From IMG/VR virus record IMGVR_UViG_3300042874_000014: a DNA stretch of 64,000 nucleotides; one strand, written 5' to 3'. Numbering within the stretch: the stretch's first letter is position 1; the number at the start of each line of letters is the position of its first letter. The notes under the pieces are model-generated. The model saw only the letters and a program-made list of their open reading frames with translations. It had not been told where the DNA came from and made no database searches. Origin of the DNA: an uncultured virus (IMG/VR IMGVR_UViG_3300042874_000014) (taxonomy: Duplodnaviria > Heunggongvirae > Uroviricota > Caudoviricetes > Crassvirales). This document shows, piece after piece, positions 1 through 8,520 of the stretch. Position numbers and translations under genes: made by a program.

Positions 1-681
1 TTTTAATCGTTTATGTGGTTGTGCTACCCATTCGGTAGTATCGTTGCCATATACATCACGTTTAAAGTAACCAGCTTCGAATTGTAACTTATGCTTATTT
101 GTCTTCCAATCTACAATCTTAAATTCTTTAGTAGTGTGATTAAGCAATAGTAAATCTATAAGACCTGATACTAATCTATTCTCTAAGTCAAATACTCCAA
201 TTTCAGCGTATATATGAAACCCTTGTGTATTATAATACATTAATGTTTTATATATCAATGGGTATTTATCACGTAAGCCTACAAATAGTTCATCGTCTAT
301 ATCTAGTAATCCGAAATTATGGTCATTCATTATATCAACAATAGTGTATATTCTATCATTGATAAACATCGACCCTGCATTTCGTTTATAATTAGTTGCT
401 GTCTTTACTACAACCTCTAAGTAGTTATGTTTAATAGTACCTTTAGTACAAGCTTCTGTATTTATAACAACCCAAGCTGCTTCTATTTCGGCAGCTGTCA
501 TTCTGTAATATTTATGACCTTTAGCGTTCCAGTACTTGCGTGATGTTGCCGCAGCTACGGCTTTAGTATCGAATGCTTCTATGTACTTACCTATTAAAGT
601 AGTAGTCGAGGTATAAGTATTAGATAAGTTATCTGTGTACTTATGTAACTCTTCGTTAAAATATATTATAGGATATGTCAT
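1..681 (-). CDS. PD-(D/E)XK nuclease family protein (3' end runs off the window)
   Basis: Not in the ORF track. Manual translation from ATG at 681: MTYPIIYFNEELHKY...KGTIKHNYLE...YAEIGVFDLENRLVSGLIDLLLL...IVDWKTNK; E...D...DWK arrangement typical of PD-(D/E)XK nucleases. Confidence 0.75.
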   Translation of the reverse strand, partial: MTYPIIYFNEELHKYTDNLSNTYTSTTTLIGKYIEAFDTKAVAAATSRKYWNAKGHKYYRMTAAEIEAAWVVINTEACTKGTIKHNYLEVVVKTATNYKRNAGSMFINDRIYTIVDIMNDHNFGLLDIDDELFVGLRDKYPLIYKTLMYYNTQGFHIYAEIGVFDLENRLVSGLIDLLLLNHTTKEFKIVDWKTNKHKLQFEAGYFKRDVYGNDTTEWVAQPHKRLK

Positions 682-687
682 AATTAG

Positions 688-1302
688 TTATTTAGGCATC
701 ATGCTATGAGTGATAGGAATATCAGCTCTACCTACTCGTTTATGTAATATTTCAGTAGCTGCTAAATCTTTTGATGTATTTAGTTTATCTATTAGTTCTG
801 GTAGTTTAGAAGCCATAGTCATAATAACTTGTAATGACGAAATAGCATCGTTTACTTCGCTTAGTTTACCATCAGCTTTGTTCTTATTTAATATAAATTG
901 TTTCTCTAGTGCTTCGGTTAATGAATCTATCATCAGGTTAGACGTATTGAATGTTTTTAACATAGACGCATAAGCTAAAGTTTGAACACCGTTGATTAGA
1001 GATGAATACACATCAATTGCGGCAGCCATTACTTCATCTACTACATAAGTAGGTTCTAGTCTAGCTATTTTAACAGCACGATTATGAAGTTCCTCACCCT
1101 TATAACCTTTCTGTACTAATTCACTTTTAGGATTGACAATATGAAACATATAACTAAACTCCTTAAAGGCTTTAAACTTGTCCTTAGTGTTATCCCTTTT
1201 GAATACTGCATTGAGTTCACTGTGTAGTAATATCTCTTTGATATTCAACTCTAATCCGTTAGGTGTTAATATAAACGAATCGAATACATAATTATTTGCC
1301 AT
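688..1302 (-). CDS. hypothetical phage protein (helical)
   Basis: 204-aa ORF tightly packed between co-oriented genes. Confidence 0.7.
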   Translation of the reverse strand: MANNYVFDSFILTPNGLELNIKEILLHSELNAVFKRDNTKDKFKAFKEFSYMFHIVNPKSELVQKGYKGEELHNRAVKIARLEPTYVVDEVMAAAIDVYSSLINGVQTLAYASMLKTFNTSNLMIDSLTEALEKQFILNKNKADGKLSEVNDAISSLQVIMTMASKLPELIDKLNTSKDLAATEILHKRVGRADIPITHSMMPK

Positions 1303-1687
1303 GACGAATGTTTAATATATTAACTGAAAATGTTTTATTACTTGTTGATTTATTACGTTTGTCGTCGCTTAATCGTTTAGATGACCAAGACCGTAATTCA
1401 GCATCTACTTCATCTTTTGTTAAACCTAAGTCGTATAATCGTTTACGTTCTATTACTGCGGCCTTACGTCTAAGATTGAATTTAAACTGTCCGAAACCTA
1501 CGATGTGGATATCTCGCTCATTAGCCATTTCATTAGCTATATACTTACCCTGTAATCGTATTATCTTCTTTACTTCACTAAATGGTAGAATAACACCGAA
1601 TCTATTTATAAGATAAAATCTAATATCCTTTATTATCTCAACCTCAATCTTACGGTCTTTATACTCTTCGTCGAAATTATCAATCAT
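1292..1687 (-). CDS. HU/IHF-like DNA-binding protein
   Basis: EMANERDIHIVGFGQFKFNLRR resembles the HU/IHF signature (I-x-GFG-x-F); basic protein. Confidence 0.6.
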   Translation of the reverse strand: MIDNFDEEYKDRKIEVEIIKDIRFYLINRFGVILPFSEVKKIIRLQGKYIANEMANERDIHIVGFGQFKFNLRRKAAVIERKRLYDLGLTKDEVDAELRSWSSKRLSDDKRNKSTSNKTFSVNILNIRHGK

Positions 1688-1720
1688 AGTCGGCTCCTTT
1701 GTTAATTTACAACTAGCGTA

Positions 1721-2197
1721 TTATTTATATACAATAGCTATATTACTAATTGTTGTAATTAATGCAATTGTAACTGATACGTAATCATCATCACCGCCTA
1801 TAAACGCATCAGGTTTCTCATTAGGTACAGTATAATCGTTATTCAATATTGCATTTCTGATAGCGGAATGAGCATCAACACCTCTCAAAATAGCACTCTC
1901 TCTATTAAATTTAACACGTAATACGAATAAGTCATTATCGCTAGGCAGGTCAGATATAATGTTTATAGCTTGATAGTTTTTTAAAGTTACTGTATCGTCG
2001 ATAGCTAAACCCTTTACACTATAACCGAAAGCCTTAACTTTAAGGGTAATGTCTTTACTAAAGTTTAGATTAGTATTAACGTTACGTATTTCAGACTTCT
2101 TCAAACTAGATGTAGCCATTAATAATACATCACCACCTAATACAAAGTTATTGTCCGTGCTAGTGCCTGCCTCTGTAACATTTATTTTAATTCCCAT
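1721..2197 (-). CDS. GroES-like (co-chaperonin fold) protein, divergent
   Basis: Likely start MGIKINV at 2197. FVLGGDVLL, KVKAFGYSVKGLAIDDTV and LITTISNIAIVYK line up with GroES beta strands (PLxDRVLV, VLAVG..VKVGDxV, LIxxxDILAIV). Confidence 0.45.
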   Translation of the reverse strand: MGIKINVTEAGTSTDNNFVLGGDVLLMATSSLKKSEIRNVNTNLNFSKDITLKVKAFGYSVKGLAIDDTVTLKNYQAINIISDLPSDNDLFVLRVKFNRESAILRGVDAHSAIRNAILNNDYTVPNEKPDAFIGGDDDYVSVTIALITTISNIAIVYK

Positions 2198-2244
2198 AAT
2201 CCTAATTAGTTTAATTGATTTATTATCACTTGTTATATCTGCCA

Positions 2245-2252
2245 CAAATATA
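2245..2252 (-). promoter_or_regulatory. Bacteroidota-type -7 promoter element (TATATTTG)
   Basis: TAnnTTTG match on the minus strand ~50 bp upstream of the 2197 ATG; no clear -33 element. Confidence 0.4.
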
Positions 2253-2444
2253 AATTCAAACTTCCTTTTTCGTTTACTATATACTAAATTTTTATTCAAC
2301 CATATACTATAATAGTCTGAGTCTCCCATCGAAATCCGGTACGACTTAGTAAACTAGAATATATAGCACTATGTGATTAAACTTGCTTATCTTTGTTGCC
2401 GTACTATTAGTTTATTACTATATACTTTAATTAGCTCAAGTAAA

Positions 2445-2472
2445 CACATATCCTCACCTACGGGGGAATGTT
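2445..2472 (-). repeat. dispersed CCCCCGTA motif, copy 1
   Basis: cacatatcctcacctacgggggaatgtt. Confidence 0.9.
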
Positions 2473-2595
2473 CGACATACTTAACATCTTCATCATTCTT
2501 AACATCTTCGGTCGGTACTAGCATTCTCATCATCTTCATCATCTTCGTCAAACACTAGCATACTACATTAAACATCAATTTCGAACCTATAATAC

Positions 2596-2892
2596 AATAC
2601 TAATACTAATACTAATACTAATACTAATACTAATTATATATATAATAATATATAATATATTATATATTATAATATATTATATTATTATTATTATATATAA
2701 TATAACAGTTGAATATATATTGCTAAATCTATTACTAAATCTGTTTTTAAATCTATTGCTAAATCTGTTTTTCTATCTGTTTTTCTATCTATTTTTGTAT
2801 CTGTTGAGGTATGTGATTTGATAAAAAGATTGTAAAAAGATTATAAAAAGAAGACAAGAAGAAGACAAGAAGAAGACAAGAAGAAGACAGAT
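2596..2892. repeat. microsatellite cluster: (ACTAAT)n, pure A/T tract, 12-bp CTAAATCT-type repeats, (AAGAAGAC/AAG)n
   Basis: Tandem units directly visible. Confidence 0.85.
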
Positions 2893-2943
2893 TTAAGTAT
2901 ATGTTTAAGTATATAAGAAGATACGTAAATCTCAAATTTATAG

Positions 2944-2972
2944 AAAATCCCCCGTAAGGGAGGAAGATGTGC
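2944..2972 (+). repeat. dispersed CCCCCGTA motif, copy 2
   Basis: aaaatcccccgtaagggaggaagatgtgc. Confidence 0.9.
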
Positions 2973-3059
2973 TACGTTGCTATGTAGTAAACTTGAATAA
3001 TTTGTAATTAATTATATATAATAGGATATATAATAGGATATAATGATAGATATGATATG

Positions 3060-3396
3060 ACATATGATGTGATGTAAAATTTATATAAAATTTATGTGAT
3101 GTGATATAAATATAAATTTATGTGATGCGATGTGATGATATATATATATATAATATGTGATATATGTGTGATGCTATATTTTATGTGATATTATGTGATA
3201 TTATGTGATATGTGATATTATAAATTATGTGATATTATTTAATATGTGATATTTAATATAAAATTTATGTGTGATATATAATATTTATAATACGTGTGAT
3301 ATAATATTTATAATACGTGTGATATAATATTTATTATTTATAATATAATATGTGATATTTAATATATATAATATAATATGTGATATTTATGTGATG
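3060..3396 (+). repeat. AT-rich array of roughly 20 TGTGAT boxes (candidate origin or regulatory array)
   Basis: Co-oriented TGTGAT boxes, including a tandem duplication ataatatttataatacgtgtgat x2 at ~3278-3323. Confidence 0.8.
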
Positions 3397-3581
3397 CGAG
3401 TAAGTCGTAACCACCCGGTGCGACCGTCGGTGCGAAATGGTAGGATTGAAGTAGGGGGGACATCATGTGAAATACATGGACTTTCTGGAGTGTTCAAAAC
3501 TTGCCGGTGTACTACCACTGGTATCATATAATAGCTAAGGTGCATGAGGTAACTCGTAGTATGCACCTATTCATTTGTACA

Positions 3582-4058
3582 ATGAGTAAATTAGCTCCTG
3601 CTGGTAGTAAGCTTACAGAACGTTCTGTAACTAACTCTACTATGCGGGTTGCTTCTATTACAATCACTGGCAGTAAGGTTAATATGAACCTTGTTGATAG
3701 TGATAACGTTGGACGTTGGATTGTATTATCAGAGAAGCAGTATCGCCACACATTGGCAGGTATCGGTCTCGGTAATACGGCATCATTAAACAGAACCGTT
3801 CTTATGGTTAAAGGTAGTACAGCTTCTGTATCTATCGAAGACCGTAAGGTAGGTGATGTTTATATGAATCAAAACAGTAGCGACGAGAACGCTAGTAAAC
3901 TTTGTGTTGTTGAAAAAGCACATCAGAGTTTGTCTATCGATTCTCTATCGTTGTCTAAGACTAAGGAGACTATGTTGCTAGAAGCGACTATGTCTGACTT
4001 GCTTAGAGAACGTGATGTTACGGTTGATTCAGATGATGCATCTGACGACTTGCGTTAG
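3582..4058 (+). CDS. hypothetical protein with acidic C-terminal tail (first plus-strand gene)
   Basis: Likely start MSKLAP at 3582; ends DSDDASDDLR. Confidence 0.7.
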   Translation: MSKLAPAGSKLTERSVTNSTMRVASITITGSKVNMNLVDSDNVGRWIVLSEKQYRHTLAGIGLGNTASLNRTVLMVKGSTASVSIEDRKVGDVYMNQNSSDENASKLCVVEKAHQSLSIDSLSLSKTKETMLLEATMSDLLRERDVTVDSDDASDDLR

Positions 4059-4069
4059 TAATAGCGAGC

Positions 4070-4615
4070 TATGTGGGTACGTATAACCTACAGAAAAAGT
4101 GTCCAGTAATGGATTAAGTACGTGATGTTTTGTTGCTTTTAGTATAAGAAAAGTAACTACTCGTTGAATCGAGCACGAAATAGAGCATGGAATCACAGTC
4201 GGTATTCTGCCATGCTCTTACTAATACCATTGGGTCTGAATAGACCTCTTAACCAACTACTGTATCTTGTATATGAGTATGACTTCGATGTCGAGTTGGT
4301 TCTAATATGGTGGTTACTAACCCATATACCTAAAGCAAGGATTGGTATATGTTGTATGATTAATTTGACAAATTAAGATTACACCTCTTGCCCTTGTAAG
4401 GAGTAGACTTCCTTATGGCTAACCATCTATGATAATGTGCACAATTATTATAGACATGGTAATTACAATTAACGAGACTATATTATATACACGTCAGGTA
4501 TAATAGATGTCATGTCCGGTGATACAAGTAAGCTACTACTTGTTGAGGGGGTTCTCTATAACCAACTACTATACGTTATGTATGAGTATGACTTCGATGT
4601 CGAGTTGGTTCTATG
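4070..4615 (+). ncRNA. candidate structured ncRNA with duplicated ~54-nt module
   Basis: At least 10 consecutive hairpins; identical 33-mer at 4272-4304 and 4581-4613. Confidence 0.45.
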
Positions 4616-4619
4616 TGCA

Positions 4620-4820
4620 ATAGTAGTACTATTTCTTTACTTAGATGGTCGCACGTCTAATATAGTAGTACTTATTGTTACGTTTAGATGGTAGTACTAT
4701 TCATATAGTAGTACGTATTGCGATATCTTCATGGTCGCACGTCTAATATAGTAGTACAAGTAGCGGCATCTTCATGGTCGTACAAGTAGCAATAGCACAG
4801 CAACTTGCGACATCTTCATA
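4620..4820. repeat. degenerate 43-bp tandem repeat (about 5 units)
   Basis: atagtagtac at 4620, 4662, 4705, 4748, alternating with atggt(c/a)g(c/t)ac at 4645, 4688, 4731, 4774. Confidence 0.85.
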
Positions 4821-4862
4821 CAACATACAACACGTTGCCCTAGTTCATAGTTTTTAACCAGG

Positions 4863-4927
4863 CCCAAGCGTGCTAAGTAAATCAAGTGAATTATATAAAC
4901 TTACCCTACGTCCCAAGCGTGCTAAGT
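4863..4927 (+). repeat. 16-bp direct repeat cccaagcgtgctaagt x2
   Basis: Exact copies at 4863-4878 and 4912-4927, both followed by similar caag(t/c)gaa. Confidence 0.85.
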
Positions 4928-4955
4928 TTAACAAGCGAAATATCAAATCTTATAT

Positions 4956-5084
4956 ATGTTTAAAGTATTAGTTTACAATCAAGCCACTGGTAAGGTTCGT
5001 ACGTTGGTTTTCAATAGCTCAACCGAAGCATATCACTGGCTACAAGTAAACTCTGACTACGAATTGATGGAAGTTCTATCATAA
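4956..5084 (+). CDS. small protein (42 aa)
   Basis: MFKVLVYNQATGKVRTLVFNSSTEAYHWLQVNSDYELMEVLS; AT-rich leader and plausible composition. Confidence 0.55.
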   Translation: MFKVLVYNQATGKVRTLVFNSSTEAYHWLQVNSDYELMEVLS

Positions 5085-5192
5085 TAGTAGTCATAGTTTA
5101 GCTTAATTTATCTCTTCTGCCACGTAATGTGGATTCTGTTACAGTATAGGCTGTATATGTGTTAGTATATATTAATCTTTAATACCATCGTC

Positions 5193-5294
5193 ATGTTTTA
5201 CATAGGTTATATAGTATATGTATCGTTATTATTAGCTCTAGCAATAGGAGTAAATGCTCGTATTAATAGAGTAAATAGACGATATGAGGAATAG
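5193..5294 (+). CDS. single-TM micropeptide (33 aa)
   Basis: MFYIGYIVYVSLLLALAIGVNARINRVNRRYEE: hydrophobic stretch followed by basic residues. Confidence 0.45.
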   Translation: MFYIGYIVYVSLLLALAIGVNARINRVNRRYEE

Positions 5295-6229
5295 TAGGGG
5301 CTGAGCGTGGTATGTCATATCTTAGGGTATGATGTGCCACGTATGTCCCATTCTATATGCTATATGCAGGTGGTATATGATGATATATCTGTTTAATATG
5401 CTAATTTGATTACTATGCTACTTGAATGTGGTATATAATTAGGTATGTTTGATTGAATATAATGTGAATTATGGTAGGTTTAATGATGTAAATTATAGGA
5501 TTATTAGTGATTTAATATATAGTAACAAGTGATTTTGGCGGACTGTGCTGGGATATCTTGATTGATATAGAATGACTAAAATGTGATTTATGGTGTAAAT
5601 TATAGGATAAATTATAAGATTATTAGTGATTTAATATGGGCTTAAAGGTATGATTAATGGTATGATTAATGGTATGTTAAGCGGATTGAATGGTTGATTA
5701 TGTGATAAATTATAGTGTTATTAGTGATGTTATATGGGCTAATGTATCTAGTTTAGTACATACTGCACCCAAGGGTGATATATACTCCCACATCTCTTCC
5801 ACTATCTCACATAATATCCCAGTTAAATCTCTTCCTCACTCTCACCTTAAATCTCACATTACATATTACTTTAAATCTCACCTTAAACATACCCTTAATC
5901 AAGCATATTACCTATTATATTACTTGATTTTACCATATGTTACTTATATTACCCTAATTAGATATACTCGATTAGTTTCAACATTAGACTAATCATATTA
6001 AATTAGCTTAGATAACCATATATATTAAACATGTTACAATATCGGGTCTGTATAATATACTATATACATTTAATATTGCAAGCGTGTTATATATTGTAAT
6101 CTTAAATCAATTAATTCAACCTATGAATGTGATAGCCTTTACGTGGCTCGTAGGATAAGTAAGCTATATGCTGAAACCAATAATCACACAGATATTTATA
6201 ATCAGTTAAACAATTAAACATTTTAGAAA

Positions 6230-6946
6230 ATGGCAAAAATTGCAAAAAGTGTTAAGGTAGCTGCCAGTGTAGCTCCAGCACAAGTAGAGGAAAACGTATT
6301 AGTAGCAGCGAACGTTGCTGAACAAGTTGCTGAACAAGCTGAACCTAGTACTAAAGAAAGTATTAATCTTAAAAAGAAACCTAATAAGTTTGTATTAGGT
6401 AAACCAGTTATCAAGCGTACTAATTATTTAGTTACTGCTGCTGGTGTCAAACGAAGTCTATCATTAGATGGACATGATGAGCACAAACTAATTGCTCGTC
6501 GAGTTAATGATTTTGTAGTTGTAGAAGAAGCTGTAACAGGTGAAGTATATAACGACTTAATCGAAATTGATAACGTGATAACTAATCGTGTTGAGTTTGA
6601 ATCGAAGAAGAACGTATGGGTTCCGGTGGATAAGTTCAATCCTATGGATTACAAACGTTTGTTCAAAGATGTATTATTAACATCAAACTTTCTATTATCC
6701 GAATTGGCTGAAAAAGGAGATAACTCTGAGGTGTTCTATGGTATGAGCCATGAGACTAAAACAGGCTTAATTGTATTTAATGCTCATTGGAATAAAAAGA
6801 CCGCTAACAAACGTATTGAGATACGACGTATGGATAAAGGTAATATGTTTAGAAAAGAGGATATGTACAAGTTATATCCTACCGCTGAGTATATAACCAT
6901 CAATCGTGGACTTTTGGTATTAATCTTTAATCGTGCTGAAGAGTAA
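6230..6946 (+). CDS. hypothetical early protein
   Basis: 238-aa ORF with A-rich leader and Ala/Val/Glu-rich N-terminus. Confidence 0.8.
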   Translation: MAKIAKSVKVAASVAPAQVEENVLVAANVAEQVAEQAEPSTKESINLKKKPNKFVLGKPVIKRTNYLVTAAGVKRSLSLDGHDEHKLIARRVNDFVVVEEAVTGEVYNDLIEIDNVITNRVEFESKKNVWVPVDKFNPMDYKRLFKDVLLTSNFLLSELAEKGDNSEVFYGMSHETKTGLIVFNAHWNKKTANKRIEIRRMDKGNMFRKEDMYKLYPTAEYITINRGLLVLIFNRAEE

Positions 6947-7221
6947 TGAGAACAGTATTCGAAGTAATATTAGTAATAGCCACTATTGTGGTAATGCTAT
7001 TTGTAGGAGACATCGACGCACTTAATGAATCAAGACCTGTCGAGGTATGCGATAATTATGTTGTTACTAGAGTTGAATTAGTGAATACTGATTCGACTGG
7101 GACAACGTATTTAATCGAATATTCCCCCGTAGGAGGAGATTATAGTCAACTTTGTATGCTAAGCAACGTGCCCTTTATGACAGGTGATACTGTTGTATCT
7201 ATGGCTCCGATGTACTGGTAG
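6946..7221 (+). CDS. small membrane-anchored protein
   Basis: N-terminal hydrophobic helix; start overlaps the upstream stop. Confidence 0.7.
   Translation: MRTVFEVILVIATIVVMLFVGDIDALNESRPVEVCDNYVVTRVELVNTDSTGTTYLIEYSPVGGDYSQLCMLSNVPFMTGDTVVSMAPMYW
7118..7145 (+). repeat. dispersed CCCCCGTA motif, copy 3 (inside CDS)
   Basis: aatattcccccgtaggaggagattat. Confidence 0.85.
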
Positions 7222-7229
7222 TATTAATT

Positions 7230-7268
7230 ATAAGGTGGTTGCTATTATTAGTAATCACCTTATTTTAT
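7230..7268 (+). terminator. intrinsic terminator
   Basis: ataaggtggttgcta/tagtaatcaccttat stem followed by a T-rich run. Confidence 0.65.
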
Positions 7269-7297
7269 CCATATTATTAATTTAATAAGTTTAAGTT

Positions 7298-7714
7298 ATG
7301 ATAAACGAGAAAGAAGCCCCTAAAGGTTATAAGGCAGTACAACCTATTACATCTAATACTTGTATCGGTTGTGCATTTGAAAATAAGTACAACGATAAAG
7401 GGTCATGTATAGTTGATGACCCATGCGGTAATGGAACTCGTGATGATAAACAAGATGTAATATTTGTTAAAGATACTCAAGATACTCAAGATACTCAAGA
7501 TACTCAAGATACTCAAGATACTCAAGATGATACTTTAACATTATTGACATCTATGAAGCTACATACGTCAATTGTTTTCAAGAAAACTGATAATAATACT
7601 GATAGTCCTACAATGGCTATGACTAGAGTTGCATCAGGTTGGATATATCATATATGGTCAGACGACATTGATGCTTACGTACATCATGTATTTGTACCTG
7701 ATAAGATAAGCTAA
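7298..7714 (+). CDS. hypothetical Cys-rich protein with (DTQ)6 linker
   Basis: CIGCAF...C...C...RDD.QDVIF motif; (gatactcaa)6 at 7472-7525. Confidence 0.75.
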   Translation: MINEKEAPKGYKAVQPITSNTCIGCAFENKYNDKGSCIVDDPCGNGTRDDKQDVIFVKDTQDTQDTQDTQDTQDTQDDTLTLLTSMKLHTSIVFKKTDNNTDSPTMAMTRVASGWIYHIWSDDIDAYVHHVFVPDKIS

Positions 7715-7716
7715 CT

Positions 7717-8223
7717 ATGATTAAACATATTGAAAAGTTCCGTGAAACACTAGATTACTTAGAGCGACATTACAATAATGTACAAAAGGCTTGGGTGCTA
7801 GTTCAAGATACTTGTTCAGATTTTGACTTTATACAGAATGTAGATGTCAGAAATGAAATAGATGCAGCTGTCAAACTACATGATTTAAGTAAACTATCAG
7901 CCGAAGAGTTTACACAATATCGACAATGGTTTCACCCAGTATCGAAAGAGATAAGAGATAAACCATTAGTAAGAAAAGCGTTTAATCATCATATTGAACA
8001 TAATGACCATCATTGGCAAACATGGACTAAGAAATACGATAGACCCGAAGCTGATATACATCTTGTTCATAATATCATAGATTTGATAGCTATGGGTTTT
8101 GAATTTGAAGATAACGCTAAGGTCTATTATGAAAATAATAAACATAATATAATACTCCCTGAATGGGCTATTACACTTATGTATAGTATTTTCGATAGAG
8201 TATATACAGCAGAATCACATTAA
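7717..8223 (+). CDS. HD-like protein (DUF5662-like)
   Basis: LHDLSKL..EEF..Y, HH..HNDHHW, IID..AM motifs. Confidence 0.65.
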   Translation: MIKHIEKFRETLDYLERHYNNVQKAWVLVQDTCSDFDFIQNVDVRNEIDAAVKLHDLSKLSAEEFTQYRQWFHPVSKEIRDKPLVRKAFNHHIEHNDHHWQTWTKKYDRPEADIHLVHNIIDLIAMGFEFEDNAKVYYENNKHNIILPEWAITLMYSIFDRVYTAESH

Positions 8224-8266
8224 GCAATAAGTATATTGCTGAAATAAACAATTAAACAATTAAACA

Positions 8267-8500
8267 ATGGAAGGTCTTAACAAGGTATCAGTCAATATGA
8301 TAGATAAACTCTACTCTGACATAAGTAACACATTAAACAATGAACTATCTCACGAACAACACGTCGATATAATGACATTATTGATTAATAATCTACGAGA
8401 TAGAACTGTTGGACAAACGAACACTAATATTAATAATGCACATGCTAATATGTCAGAAGCGACAAGTATTGCACTTAGGTTTGTTAGTCTGATAAAGTAA
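8267..8500 (+). CDS. hypothetical protein
   Basis: 77-aa ORF after an aaacaatt-repeat leader. Confidence 0.65.
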   Translation: MEGLNKVSVNMIDKLYSDISNTLNNELSHEQHVDIMTLLINNLRDRTVGQTNTNINNAHANMSEATSIALRFVSLIK

Positions 8501-8520
8501 TCATACGTTTAGTATTTTAA

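Noticed and set aside
2198..2329. N-terminal 44 aa of the 1721-2329 ORF
   Set aside because: Overlaps a promoter-like element; the ATG at 2197 with an AT-rich leader is the more plausible start
3451..3462. Additional copy of the dispersed motif (gtagggggga)
   Set aside because: Lacks the TACG core and conserved flanks; other G5/C5 runs (4547, 26195, 28704, 38116, 41300) also do not match
4251..4304. Hammerhead ribozyme
   Set aside because: Three-way junction, but no CUGAnGA/GAAA core on either strand
4164..4694. ORFs 4164-4376 and 4512-4694 as paralogous proteins
   Set aside because: The shared peptide comes from the nucleotide repeat, which is better explained by base pairing; the rest lacks similarity
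4251..4820. CRISPR mini-array
   Set aside because: Only two copies of the 33-mer, 309 bp apart; the 43-bp units have related rather than unique spacers; no cas genes seen
5690..5992. 100-aa His/Ser-rich ORF
   Set aside because: Composition follows from C-rich low-complexity repeats; probably spurious
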